The notes below the pieces were generated by a model, which had not been told where the DNA came from, ran no database searches, and saw only the letters and a list, made by a program, of their open reading frames with translations. From assembly GCA_049303795.1 (NCBI GenBank), contig JBAQNM010000005.1:121597-185596 (forward strand): DNA of 64,000 nt, given 5' to 3'. Source of the DNA: Candidatus Moraniibacteriota bacterium. GTDB taxonomy: Bacteria > Patescibacteriota > Minisyncoccia > Moranbacterales > UBA2206. A program made the position numbers and the translations under genes. Numbering within the stretch: the stretch's first letter is position 1; each line of letters begins with the position of its first letter. This document shows positions 1 to 9,643 of this stretch, piece after piece.

Positions 1-272
1 ACTCTCGGATAGCCTTTTCAATAATTGGAAGACCCCCTTTATCCCAAGGAGAAATCACTATCATGCGTGGCTCAGGAATGGAAATACTAGCAATTTGCTT
101 CAAAGGAGAAAATGAACCGTAATACTCTACCGTTAAATTTTCTACCATAGCGCTAGACGCTCTGCCAGTTCTAATTTTACCTAATTCTTCTTTGAAATGA
201 GTAACTACTTTTTCAAAGTTAGCTTTGTTTTTCTCTAGTATTTCTTTATACATAAATTTTAAAAAATTAATT

Positions 273-1349
273 TTATTTACCTACAAAAGTAGCAATAATC
301 ATATTGGGATCGAGTGGATTATATTTTAGCATATTGATTCCTTTTGTTAAATCAAACTGAGAAGTCGTCCAGGTTTTCCCATCATCAAGAGATTTATATG
401 TGGCTTGTAGTGCGCCATAAAAAATCTGCCTTGAATCAGCTGGATTGATTGCTAGGGCACCTATTGGAGAATTCGAGGGATTATTCAAAACAACAACTTT
501 TTCCCAAGTTTTTCCAGCATCTTTAGTACGGATAATTCCTTTTTTTCCAGCTAAATAAAGCCATCCTGTATGACTAGGATCTGCTTCTATAACACTAAAA
601 TCAGAACCAAACATACCCGTTGTGGTTAGATTACCCGTTAAACTGTCAAAAGAATTTCCACTATTTGAGCTATAAAAAATATCACCACTTTTTGTTAAAA
701 GATAAATCATATTACTATTAATAGAGTCGACAACGATTCTAGAAACTGCTGATTTTGCTTGAAAAATATTCTTCCAAGAAACGCCACCATCAACACTTTT
801 TATAAGTTGATTGTCACTTGTTGAGGCATAAACAACTCCAGTATTATGACCGTCAGTTACGAGATATATTATCATAGGACCTTTAGCGGCAAATGTATAG
901 ATTTCATCCCAGTTAGCACCGCCATCAACACTTTTAGCTATCTTACCTCTTCCTGCTAAAACTGCACTTGCATAAACAATATTAGTATCAACAGGATCAA
1001 GAGCTAAGCCATAAACACTCGCAGCTCCAAAATCAAGAAAATCCCAACTAGTACCACCATCAATTGTTTTTATAATTCCACCGGTCAAAAGTCCTGCGTA
1101 GGCAATATTAATATTCTTTTTATCAAAAACTAATCGATATGAATTAACATCTGAACTTTTAGGTTTATTATTACTAGTATTTGATGCCTGCCAAGTTTTT
1201 CCACCATCCCTGGAAAGCCAAAGACTCTTGGAAAATGTATACTTTTGGGAATCCATTGAGCTCGATGTTGAACCAGCCCCACCAAAAGTACAGCCAGCTA
1301 AAAATAACAATAAAAAAATTCCGATTGAAATAGTTAATTTATTCTTCAT
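273..1349 (-). CDS. BNR/Asp-box repeat beta-propeller lipoprotein (Ycf48/sialidase-like fold)
   Basis: N-terminal signal peptide with lipobox (LLFLAGC). Seven S-x-D-x-G-x-T/S-W motifs (SRDGGKTW, TIDGGTSW, SVDGGANW, SVDGGVSW, TKDAGKTW, SLDDGKTW) typical of BNR propellers. Confidence 0.6.
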   Translation of the reverse strand: MKNKLTISIGIFLLLFLAGCTFGGAGSTSSSMDSQKYTFSKSLWLSRDGGKTWQASNTSNNKPKSSDVNSYRLVFDKKNINIAYAGLLTGGIIKTIDGGTSWDFLDFGAASVYGLALDPVDTNIVYASAVLAGRGKIAKSVDGGANWDEIYTFAAKGPMIIYLVTDGHNTGVVYASTSDNQLIKSVDGGVSWKNIFQAKSAVSRIVVDSINSNMIYLLTKSGDIFYSSNSGNSFDSLTGNLTTTGMFGSDFSVIEADPSHTGWLYLAGKKGIIRTKDAGKTWEKVVVLNNPSNSPIGALAINPADSRQIFYGALQATYKSLDDGKTWTTSQFDLTKGINMLKYNPLDPNMIIATFVGK

Positions 1350-1447
1350 ATTTTTTATTATATACTATAAAACAAAAAAAATCCAATATGGACTTTTTTT
1401 GATAAAACATAGAAAACAACAATCTTTTTGAATTTTTAACAGCCACC

Positions 1448-1726
1448 CTATTCATCACTATCAAGATCTTCTGCCTGCTCCATTGCAAGTTTGTCTAATT
1501 CATCCTCAGCTTCTTTTTCTGCCTCATCCAAATCAGCGCAAATTTGTTCGATTTCAGCTATAGATTCATCAACTTCCGCAGTTGCCTCATCCATCTTTTT
1601 TCTAGCGTCTGCATTAACTTCGTCTATTTCATGATTAATTTCTTCCGCCTCCCCCACTAAATCATCAAGCTGCGCGTCTAAATCTTGAATGCTTTGACTA
1701 TTTATTGTGTTTTGATCTGTTTCCAT
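1448..1726 (-). CDS. small highly acidic coiled-coil protein, hypothetical
   Basis: 92-aa ORF, about 40% Asp/Glu, heptad-like pattern, no TM. It lies directly downstream of the 432-aa coiled-coil gene on the same strand. Confidence 0.4.
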   Translation of the reverse strand: METDQNTINSQSIQDLDAQLDDLVGEAEEINHEIDEVNADARKKMDEATAEVDESIAEIEQICADLDEAEKEAEDELDKLAMEQAEDLDSDE

Positions 1727-1748
1727 ATTTTTTAATTTTAAAAAATCT

Positions 1749-3047
1749 TTACTTTTTTTTAGACTTCATCTTCTCCTCAATAAACTTATCAATATTTTGA
1801 TTAAATTTATCTGCAGGCAATTTTTTATATTTAAGATATTTTCCAAAAATCTTTTTAAAGTCCTCAGCGTCCACTTGGCAAGCTTCCTTAAAAGTTGTTG
1901 CTTCGAGAAAATCAGCCTGATCGATAAGTCCGTCAGTAGCCTCTTTTTTGTATGTTTTTTTGAGCCACTTATTCCAGCTATCAATATAATCCCCAATCGT
2001 GCCTGCTTGTTCAACTTTTTCTTTTTTGGCAGTTTCTGCTGTCACCACTATCGGCGGAGTTTCTTCAATCACCTCTTCCGCGCTCGAACTTTCTTGTCTT
2101 GTATGTGATTTTATTTCTTCCCTCTTGCTAGATTCATTACCTTTTTTTCGCGCTTCTAAATCAATCTTTATTGGCCTACCTTCTTTCACGCGAATAAACT
2201 CTTCTCGCTTATCCCGATATGGATTAGCTTTTTCATCAACTTTGGCAACTTTTTTATCTATTTCCACTCTTTCTTTTGCAAGATATTCTTTTTCCACCCT
2301 TATTTTTTCGCGACCCTGAGCTATTAAACTCTCCAGCCTCATTATATTTTTATCCCTCTTGATTTCTTTTTCTGATTTTTTCTTCATTATCAAAATATTC
2401 TCTATTTTTGTCCTCTCTTCTTCATTGCTAGCCAATCTAGCTAATAACTCTTTGTGCCTTGCCTCTGTTACCACTGATCGCAGATCCACCAAATCCCTAC
2501 ATGCATTCAAACTTTCCGATCTTCTTTCCATTGGATCAAGTTTTTCGTTATAGCGACCAATCAACCTATCAGCAATTGCGTCTCTTCGGTTGACATGCAA
2601 TCCAGCTTTATGTTCTCGAGCTTCAAGCTTACTTTGAAGTCGATCTCTTTTATTAAATAATTTAGCTTTCTCCTCATCCACTTCTCTTAAATTTATCCGT
2701 AAAGATTCAATACTTTCTGACATTCCTTGTTTTTCCAAATTCACAATAAGATCCTCATTCTCTTTTTTTATTTGATCTTGAATAGCAATATCGGAGTCAA
2801 TGTCATCAATTTCATTCTTCAAAGAAACAGCTTTTCCTTCATGACTTTTCATCCGAGAGTTATTATAAGCAATTTCCATTTTTCCAACCATTCGACTTAC
2901 TCCAGGAATTTTATAGAGACCTTCATACATTCTCCTCAATACGCCTTTTGCGTTTTCAGGTGCTCTGTCTACTGTCTCTCTTGGTTTTGGGATCGGATTA
3001 TTTACTTCCGCTGACCCGGCTGGATTTGGTGTTTTTTCTGGTGACAT
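1749..3047 (-). CDS. charged coiled-coil protein, hypothetical
   Basis: 432-aa ORF rich in K/R/E with long predicted coiled-coil stretches. No TM, no recognisable catalytic motif. Confidence 0.5.
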   Translation of the reverse strand: MSPEKTPNPAGSAEVNNPIPKPRETVDRAPENAKGVLRRMYEGLYKIPGVSRMVGKMEIAYNNSRMKSHEGKAVSLKNEIDDIDSDIAIQDQIKKENEDLIVNLEKQGMSESIESLRINLREVDEEKAKLFNKRDRLQSKLEAREHKAGLHVNRRDAIADRLIGRYNEKLDPMERRSESLNACRDLVDLRSVVTEARHKELLARLASNEEERTKIENILIMKKKSEKEIKRDKNIMRLESLIAQGREKIRVEKEYLAKERVEIDKKVAKVDEKANPYRDKREEFIRVKEGRPIKIDLEARKKGNESSKREEIKSHTRQESSSAEEVIEETPPIVVTAETAKKEKVEQAGTIGDYIDSWNKWLKKTYKKEATDGLIDQADFLEATTFKEACQVDAEDFKKIFGKYLKYKKLPADKFNQNIDKFIEEKMKSKKK

Positions 3048-3224
3048 ATTTTTTATATTCTAAATTTTAAACTATTCCAAAAACTTAAATAAATTAATAT
3101 TATCCTTAAGACAACTTTATTGTATTATACAGCAACAAATAATGCAAGAGTGCGCAAAATAAAAAAGCGCCAAATATAATCAAGACGCTTCACTAACTTC
3201 CAGGATCCTTGTTTTTTGTAATTG

Positions 3225-3298
3225 TGGGTCGTGGAGGATTCGAACCTCCGACCGTTTGCTTAAAAGGCAACTGCTCTACCAGGCTGAGCTAACGACCC
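3225..3298 (-). tRNA. tRNA-Lys (anticodon UUU)
   Basis: The reverse complement reads GGGTCGTTAGCTCAGCCTGGTAGAGCAGTTGCCTTTTAAGCAACGGTCGGAGGTTCGAATCCTCCACGACCCA. This folds as a cloverleaf with a 7-bp acceptor stem, GTTCGAATC T-loop and anticodon loop CTTTTAA (TTT). CCA is not encoded. Confidence 0.85.
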
Positions 3299-3325
3299 AA
3301 AAATATATTTTTCGATAACTTTGAC

Positions 3326-3353
3326 ATTATACCACTCAAAAACTTCTCGTCAA
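3326..3353 (-). promoter_or_regulatory. sigma70-like promoter for tRNA-Lys (TTGACG - 16 nt - TATAAT on minus strand)
   Basis: The minus strand reads TTGACGagaagtttttgagtggTATAAT about 25 nt upstream of the tRNA 5' end. Confidence 0.35.
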
Positions 3354-3435
3354 GCAATTTTTAATTTTTAAAATAAAACCCGGATATAATCCTAACCAGA
3401 ATAAATAAACTAGCACCTATTTTTTTCTTTTTTTA

Positions 3436-4815
3436 TCAAACTTCTTTCCATGGAACATTTTTCCATTCCACGCCTTGTCTGCATAACAAATCTTCCGCTT
3501 TTTGTGGTTCCAGCATAATCTCTTCTATTATTTTTTCCATTCGCATTGCTTGCGAGCCTTTAACTAAAACCACATCACCTGCACGCAAGATTTTTTGTAA
3601 TTCCTTTCCGGCATCCATCGGATTTGAAAACTGATAGATTTCACCAATAAATTTGCGTCTTTTTAATTCACTAATGGCAAACTGCATTCTGCGACCTACG
3701 GCAATAAAAATATCACCCTTAATTTCTAAGAATTTTCTTGCTAGCAAAGTATGATCGGCTTCAGTATTTTCCCCCAACTCTAACATGTCACCCAAAGCAA
3801 CAATTTTGCGTTTGTCATTCCCCAGCTCGCGCAGAACCTCCAGAGCGGCTTCGGACGAATTGAGTGCGGAATTATATGTATCATCTATGATATGTGTGTG
3901 TTTAATTCCTGGGATCAAATTCAATCTTCCAGTGGGCGAGAAAAAATCATCTAAACCCTTTCCGATTTCCACTAGATTCATACCCAACCCAACACCAACA
4001 GAAATACCAGCCAACGCTGCATAAACATGTTGCTTGGCTAGCGCTCTATTTAAACGCATTGGCATTGTCGTGCCTTGATAGCTAAGCTTAAAACTTAATC
4101 CGTTAATTTCCTGTTCAACCGGACTATTTTGATTATTATGATAATTCAAAAAAACATCCAACGCTCGCACATCAGCATTTTCAGAAAAACCAAAAGATAA
4201 AACGTTTGATCGTAATTCTGTTTTTAATTTAGCCAGATACGCATTATCAATATTTATTACAGCTAAGCCTTTTTCATCTAAAGCTTTCACTAGGACTGCT
4301 TTTTCTTTTAGAATACCGTTTAGTGTTTTAAAATATTCAAGATGACTAGCTGATATTTCCGTAATGACAGAAATATTTGGTCGCACAAAATCAGTCAGAT
4401 ATTTTAAATCACCTGGCCTATCAGCTGCCATTTCTAAAATTAAAATTTCGGGATACTTAACTGGAAAAATGATAATACCTAGCCATTTCAAAGAAACCAA
4501 AAACCAACCTAGAAAAGATTTTCCGCCACCATCTATTCCGATTATTGTCAAAGGAACGCCAATTTCATTGTTATAATTTTTTTCGCTTTTTCTTATTCGG
4601 AAGTGCCCTGCAAGTACAGCTGTAATAGCTTCTTTGGCAGAAGTTTTTCCAACCGATCCAGTAATTGCCACGATGCGAGGCTTATATTTTCTAAGGATGG
4701 CGCTCGCCATAAAACGTAAAATACGCTCTAGTCGCTTCACCTTCTGAGATTTATTATTTTCCAAACTATTTTGATGGTTATCTTTTTTTATCTTTTTTTT
4801 CATCTTTTTCGTCAC
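3436..4815 (-). CDS. murF: Mur ligase family, UDP-MurNAc-pentapeptide synthetase (MurF-like)
   Basis: ITGSVGKTSAKEAI P-loop typical of MurF, Mur ligase middle and C-terminal domains, dcw neighbourhood next to ftsI. The Lys-rich N-terminal extension may not be translated; an alternative start is at MASAIL (about nt 4710). Confidence 0.65.
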   Translation of the reverse strand: MTKKMKKKIKKDNHQNSLENNKSQKVKRLERILRFMASAILRKYKPRIVAITGSVGKTSAKEAITAVLAGHFRIRKSEKNYNNEIGVPLTIIGIDGGGKSFLGWFLVSLKWLGIIIFPVKYPEILILEMAADRPGDLKYLTDFVRPNISVITEISASHLEYFKTLNGILKEKAVLVKALDEKGLAVINIDNAYLAKLKTELRSNVLSFGFSENADVRALDVFLNYHNNQNSPVEQEINGLSFKLSYQGTTMPMRLNRALAKQHVYAALAGISVGVGLGMNLVEIGKGLDDFFSPTGRLNLIPGIKHTHIIDDTYNSALNSSEAALEVLRELGNDKRKIVALGDMLELGENTEADHTLLARKFLEIKGDIFIAVGRRMQFAISELKRRKFIGEIYQFSNPMDAGKELQKILRAGDVVLVKGSQAMRMEKIIEEIMLEPQKAEDLLCRQGVEWKNVPWKEV

Positions 4816-6694
4816 TTTGAATAATTAAATTGTCCAATGGTTTATCTATTTCGATTTCTTCTTCTTTTTTTAGAAAATCATTTCTCAAGGTATGCGTTTG
4901 ATTAAATTTATCCCAAGCTACTTGTGAATACTCTTCCGTTGGCTCAATATTATAATAACCTAACAAAAATTTCATTAACTCTCCAAAAGTTGGCGCAGCA
5001 CTTGATTCTGCCCACTGAACAGTTTTAGGATCATCCAGACGGACCAATATTGTGAAACGAGGATTATCCGTTGGTGCAAAACCAGCAAAAGATCCAATGC
5101 TCTCTCCCTCAGTATAACCTTTAGCACTATTACTCGCCACCTGTGCTGTTCCAGTTTTTCCTCCAACCAAATAACCTGGCACATCTGCTTGTTTTCCGTG
5201 CCCTTCAACGACCACACTGCGAAGCATTTTTGCTACTTGCTTAGCAGAATCTTCAGAAATCACACGACGAACTTCTTGAGGAGCAACTTCTGTTTCTGTC
5301 CCATCAGCATGGATTACTTTTTCCACAATTTGTGGTTTTAGAAGAACGCCATTATTGGCAATAACATTATAAGCTGAGATTAATTGTAATGGCGTAACCG
5401 TGATACCCTGTCCAAATGAAGCTGTGAAAAATTGAATATCACTTTTTAAATTTTTTAAATTATTTAAATTTCCAGCCGCTTCTCCAAAAAAATCACTCCC
5501 GGTAGAATTACCAAAACCAAATTTTTTCACATATTCACCAAAAGTATAATTTCCCATTGATCTTTCTGCGAAAATTACACCTGTATTCAAAGACTTTTCA
5601 AGCACTTGAGTCATTGTTTGCAATCCATTAGATTTCAAATCAGAATTACGGATAGAATAACCTGCCTCAGATACAACTCCAGTATCAGTATAGGTTGTAT
5701 CAGGATTTATTTTCCCATTATCAATTGCTGCAGCCAAAGTAAATGTCTTAAACACGCTACCACATTCATAAGGATCGCTGACCGCTAAATTACGAAAAGC
5801 TTCCATATTATCTGTCTTGGCATATTCATTAGGATTAAAAGTCGGGTAATTAGCCATTGCCAAAATTTTTCCACTTGCTGCTTCCATTACAATTATCGTT
5901 CCTCTGTCAGCTTGATATTTTTCTACTGCCGCCTTTAACATTTTTTCTGTTTCATATTGAGCAATGTGATCAATAGACAGAATATAGCTGTCGCCATCTT
6001 TGGCATGTGTTATGGCTTTTTCTCCTGTAGCAATCCACTTTCCGGAAGTATCTTTATTTTGGAAAAGCTCTCCTTCTTGACCCTTTAACTCATTATCAAA
6101 AAGCAATTCCGTTCCATATCGCCCACCAAAATCATTATTTTTCCAACCTACGAAACCAAGAACATGCGCTGCTAATTCTCCGGCTGGATAGTAGCGCAAT
6201 GACTCATCTGAAAGATAAACTCCTTTTAATTTTAATTCTTTTATTTTGGTTGACTCGTCATCACTCAATCGATGTTTCAAAATTTCGTACATATCATCCT
6301 TTTTATTTAGCTTTTCAAAAAGCTCATCACGATCAATTGCTAGAATCTCGGATATTTTATCGCTAGCATCTTTCGGACTTTCAATTTCTTTCGGTACTGC
6401 ATAAGCCATACTAATTTCTTTATTAACAGCAACTGGATAAAGAGCATCCCTATCTTTTAAAAATATTTCTCCTCGATTAGGAATTAGATTTCTAAAAATG
6501 GAATGTTGATTTTCCGCCAAAGCTAAATAGGAGTCATGTGCGCTAACTTGCAATGAATACAAACGAAGAAATATTACTATAGAAACTCCAATTATCATAA
6601 CTAACAAAAAATAAATTCTAGAATTTTTCAATCTTTCGGGTAACTCACAACGACTACCAACTTTATATTTTTTTTGTCTTTGCGGATTTGCCAT
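4778..6694 (-). CDS. ftsI: class B penicillin-binding protein / peptidoglycan D,D-transpeptidase (FtsI/PBP2-like)
   Basis: N-terminal TM anchor, SVFK (SxxK) active-site serine motif, SxN-like and KTGTA motifs. Located between ftsL and murF. Confidence 0.8.
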   Translation of the reverse strand: MANPQRQKKYKVGSRCELPERLKNSRIYFLLVMIIGVSIVIFLRLYSLQVSAHDSYLALAENQHSIFRNLIPNRGEIFLKDRDALYPVAVNKEISMAYAVPKEIESPKDASDKISEILAIDRDELFEKLNKKDDMYEILKHRLSDDESTKIKELKLKGVYLSDESLRYYPAGELAAHVLGFVGWKNNDFGGRYGTELLFDNELKGQEGELFQNKDTSGKWIATGEKAITHAKDGDSYILSIDHIAQYETEKMLKAAVEKYQADRGTIIVMEAASGKILAMANYPTFNPNEYAKTDNMEAFRNLAVSDPYECGSVFKTFTLAAAIDNGKINPDTTYTDTGVVSEAGYSIRNSDLKSNGLQTMTQVLEKSLNTGVIFAERSMGNYTFGEYVKKFGFGNSTGSDFFGEAAGNLNNLKNLKSDIQFFTASFGQGITVTPLQLISAYNVIANNGVLLKPQIVEKVIHADGTETEVAPQEVRRVISEDSAKQVAKMLRSVVVEGHGKQADVPGYLVGGKTGTAQVASNSAKGYTEGESIGSFAGFAPTDNPRFTILVRLDDPKTVQWAESSAAPTFGELMKFLLGYYNIEPTEEYSQVAWDKFNQTHTLRNDFLKKEEEIEIDKPLDNLIIQSDEKDEKKDKKR

Positions 6695-6808
6695 TTCAAT
6701 TTTTAGTTTTTAGTTTTTTAAATCTTCACGAAAACCATCTTTAATACCACAAAAAAATTATACCCCAATAAAAAGTACAAAAAATGAGAAGAACTATTTA
6801 TTGCGTAC

Positions 6809-7171
6809 TTATTTTAACGCCACTAAATCATTAAGTTCTAGATAAGACACATTCACAGGACTAACTAGATTAAACTCTGGTGCTACTTTTTCAACTGAAT
6901 ACATAGAGCGAAGCTCCATTTCACGAATCTGCATTTTATCATTATCTTTTTTTAAATTGGCAATTTTTGTTTCTACCTCCTTTATTTCATAACCCTTCAT
7001 AGCCAGATCATTAACTTGAAATAAATAAAAAGCACTGAAAAATACAACAAATGCAACCGTCAAAAAACCTGCACCAGCTAGACCGATTTTAATACTCCCT
7101 CGTTTTCCCGCTTCTTTGATTATCCTTTTTTCAACTGCACGCGTATTATTGATAATTATTACTTTTGCCAT
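6809..7171 (-). CDS. ftsL: cell division protein FtsL/DivIC-like (single TM plus coiled coil)
   Basis: 120-aa ORF with one TM helix followed by a coiled coil. It sits between rsmH and ftsI, as in dcw clusters. Confidence 0.5.
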   Translation of the reverse strand: MAKVIIINNTRAVEKRIIKEAGKRGSIKIGLAGAGFLTVAFVVFFSAFYLFQVNDLAMKGYEIKEVETKIANLKKDNDKMQIREMELRSMYSVEKVAPEFNLVSPVNVSYLELNDLVALK

Positions 7172-7211
7172 TTTTTTATTTTTGTTTTTATTATTTACGA
7201 TTCAAATAGAA

Positions 7212-8147
7212 CTAAATAAACTCACAAATACGTAATTTTGCGCTTCTCGCTCTGGGATTATCCTCCAGCTCCTTCCCTTGAGCGATTATTGGTTTTTTCG
7301 TCACAATCTTCACTTTTGCCTTTTCGTGACAAAGGCAAATTGGAAAGTTTTTTGGACAAATGCAGCCCCTGGCATTTTCCCGAAATAATTCTTTCACAAT
7401 TCGATCTTCCAATGAATGGAAGGAAATCACCGCAAGCCTTCCCCTAGGCTTGAGCGATCCCAACGCACTCGGTACAAATTCTCTTAAACTCTCGAGCTCT
7501 TGATTAACTTCAATTCGGATTGCCTGGAATGTTTTCGTCGCTGGATGAATTTTTCCATAACGATATTTTCCTGGCACATTCTCTTCAATAATTTCTGCCA
7601 ACTCTTTCGTATTTTCAAACAACTTTTTTTCTCTATATTTCAAAATTCCTCTTACAATATTTCTCGCAAATTTTTCCTCACCATATTCTCGCAAGATCCT
7701 TTCCAATTCTTTTTGACTATATTCATTCACTATTTTCTTTGCAGTCAATTCTTGCTTCTGATCAAAACGCATATCCAATGGCGCTTCCAACTGAAAACTG
7801 ATTCCGCGCTCCTTACTCTCCAACTGATCTGAAGAATAACCGATATCAGCCAAAATCGCGTCCACCTTTTCAATTCCTAACTCTTCCAATTCTTTTGTTA
7901 AATTTCTGAAATTCACATTCACTAGAATTATATTTTCCAAATCCCGCTTTTTCATTTCCACTTGGAATTTTTCTATCGCCAGCTCATCTGCGTCAAAAGC
8001 GATTAACTTTCCAGAACTTCCGATTTTTCTGATAATTTCCAGTGAGTGTCCCCCGCCACCAAGCGTTGCATCAATCACCGTCATACCTTCTTTCAAATTC
8101 AATGCGTCAATCGCCTCTTCTAGTAATACTGATTTATGAATTGTCAT
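7212..8147 (-). CDS. rsmH: 16S rRNA (cytosine1402-N4)-methyltransferase RsmH (MraW)
   Basis: N-terminal HKSVLLEEAIDAL...DATLGGGGHS signature, 311 aa, follows mraZ. Confidence 0.9.
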   Translation of the reverse strand: MTIHKSVLLEEAIDALNLKEGMTVIDATLGGGGHSLEIIRKIGSSGKLIAFDADELAIEKFQVEMKKRDLENIILVNVNFRNLTKELEELGIEKVDAILADIGYSSDQLESKERGISFQLEAPLDMRFDQKQELTAKKIVNEYSQKELERILREYGEEKFARNIVRGILKYREKKLFENTKELAEIIEENVPGKYRYGKIHPATKTFQAIRIEVNQELESLREFVPSALGSLKPRGRLAVISFHSLEDRIVKELFRENARGCICPKNFPICLCHEKAKVKIVTKKPIIAQGKELEDNPRARSAKLRICEFI

Positions 8148-8153
8148 ATTTTT

Positions 8154-8588
8154 TTAATATACGCCGAGCTTTCCTAGCTGTTCAGCAATTTCATCGCTAT
8201 TTTTTTCAGCATTTTTCTTATATTCATTCCACTTTATTTCATCCCAAATTTCCAAACGATTATAGATTCCAGCAATAATCACATTACGATCGAGTCCAGC
8301 ATATTCTTTCAAATAATCAGGAATCAGAATTCTACCTTGTTTATCCGTTTCCACATCAGTCGCTCCGGCTAGCATCAAACGCACAAAACTTCTGGTTGAT
8401 GCTTCTCCCACTGGAATGGCTCCCAACTTGGACGCCAACTCTTGCCAAACTTTCATCGGATAAATAAATAAACACTTATCCAGTCCACGCGTCACCACCA
8501 CTTTATTTTTAAGTTCGACACGAAATTTACTCGGCACTGCCAATCTTTTCTTAGGATCAATAGAATGTTGATATTCTCCAATAAACAT
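8154..8588 (-). CDS. mraZ: transcriptional regulator MraZ
   Basis: MFIGEYQHSIDPKKRLAVPSKFR matches the MraZ N-terminus, with two MraZ repeats. The ORF track begins at a GTG 12 nt upstream (8600); the ATG at 8588 matches homologue starts. Confidence 0.85.
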   Translation of the reverse strand: MFIGEYQHSIDPKKRLAVPSKFRVELKNKVVVTRGLDKCLFIYPMKVWQELASKLGAIPVGEASTRSFVRLMLAGATDVETDKQGRILIPDYLKEYAGLDRNVIIAGIYNRLEIWDEIKWNEYKKNAEKNSDEIAEQLGKLGVY

Positions 8589-8682
8589 ATAATTCCCCAC
8601 TTTGTGACACTTTTATATACTGTAAATCTATTTTACCCCACAGCACAACATTCGTCAACATATTTTTTCACATTTTTTACAA

Positions 8683-8712
8683 CAAAAAAACAGCTTATTT
8701 GAGCTGTTTTTA
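8683..8712 (-). terminator. rho-independent terminator hairpin downstream of split comEC (bidirectional A-run/T-run flanks)
   Basis: aaaaaaaACAGCTtatttgAGCTGTtttt: 6-bp perfect stem with 6-nt loop flanked by an A-run and a T-run. It lies between the comEC MBL-domain ORF end (8780) and the mraZ start. Confidence 0.4.
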
Positions 8713-8779
8713 AAAAAGTTATCCACAGTTTAATACTTAATAAAAAAACCCTGCTTTATTTTTTTATTTAAAACGTTTT

Positions 8780-9643
8780 TCAGGCATTTTCCAAAACACA
8801 TTTATTTTTTATTTTCCCACAATTATAAATCACGTCCCCTAGAATATCCGTACGAAAAATAGCAATATTTTTAACGCCTAAGCGCTCCAAGACTTCTGAC
8901 GTTGGATGGCCATAGCGATTATTTTTTCCCACTGAAATGACTGCCTGTTCCGGATTAACCTTATTCAAAAATTCAATGCTCGTAGCAGATTTTGATCCGT
9001 GATGAGAGACTTTCAAAACTTTCGTGGAAGAAAATAAATTTTTTTTAAGCATCTGCGCTTCAACGTCGAGAGGCAAATCTCCAGTAAACAGAAAACTATT
9101 TTCACCAAAGGATAATCTCGTCACAACACTGGCCGAATTTGTGTCTTTTAAATTTTCCATATTTTCACCATTCGGGCTGAGCACTTCCAATTCTATCTCA
9201 TCAGATATTTTTATTTTCATTCCACGCACCGCCAAAAGTTTGGAAGTTTTTTTATCTTCAATTATTTTTTCATATGCGCCAAAAACTTGTGAGTCACTTT
9301 TCGCTCCACTTTCGATAGCATGATCAACTGTATAATTTCTAAGCACTTCAACTAATCCGCCAATATGATCAGCGTCAGGATGAGTTGCAATCACCACTTC
9401 AATTTCGCGATCCCAAAAAGGAATTTGCTCGCCTAATTTTTCCATTAATTTTTGTCCGCTTGCACCACCATCAATCAAAACCTGCTTGCTTCCTTGAGAA
9501 ATTAGGATTGCATCACCTTGTCCCACATCTAAAAACGCCACGGAAAGTTTTTGATTTCTAGCTTGAAAAATTAAACCAAAAAAAATAAGGCTGATTAGCG
9601 CTAACCCACCAAGAATAAAATAAATCAATTTTCGGTTTTTCAT
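8780..9643 (-). CDS. comEC: ComEC C-terminal metallo-beta-lactamase-fold domain protein (separate ORF)
   Basis: N-terminal TM, HPDADHIGG metal-binding motif of the MBL fold. It overlaps the upstream competence-domain ORF by 4 nt (ATGA). Confidence 0.7.
   Translation of the reverse strand: MKNRKLIYFILGGLALISLIFFGLIFQARNQKLSVAFLDVGQGDAILISQGSKQVLIDGGASGQKLMEKLGEQIPFWDREIEVVIATHPDADHIGGLVEVLRNYTVDHAIESGAKSDSQVFGAYEKIIEDKKTSKLLAVRGMKIKISDEIELEVLSPNGENMENLKDTNSASVVTRLSFGENSFLFTGDLPLDVEAQMLKKNLFSSTKVLKVSHHGSKSATSIEFLNKVNPEQAVISVGKNNRYGHPTSEVLERLGVKNIAIFRTDILGDVIYNCGKIKNKCVLENA

Noticed and set aside
1375-1402. A-run/T-run flanked mini-hairpin (TCCAataTGGA) between the acidic coiled-coil gene and the BNR lipoprotein gene, as a terminator.
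   Set aside because: The stem is only 4 bp, too weak to call. It may still contribute to termination together with the flanking T-runs.
1228-2553. Many short ORFs in the six-frame track that lie antisense to or within long minus-strand genes. Examples are 1228..1431, 1766..2014, 1797..2108, 1999..2319 and 2359..2553. Similar cases occur throughout, such as 9024..9323, 22329..22811, 33164..33541 and 59179..59592.
   Set aside because: They sit entirely inside well-supported longer ORFs on the other strand or in another frame. They have low-complexity hydrophobic or Ser/Phe-rich compositions typical of shadow ORFs in AT-rich DNA, and no motifs.
3436-4815. Lys-rich N-terminal extensions (murF, nrdD) as mis-called starts.
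   Set aside because: Lys-rich N-terminal tails recur on several genes here and are common in reduced-genome lineages. I kept the longest ORFs and noted the alternative internal starts.
8595-8641. Two GTGGGG motifs (minus strand) upstream of mraZ as possible MraZ boxes.
   Set aside because: There are only two copies, about 41 bp apart, rather than the closely spaced series of TGGGN repeats with 10-bp periodicity described for MraZ operators. The similarity may be coincidental.
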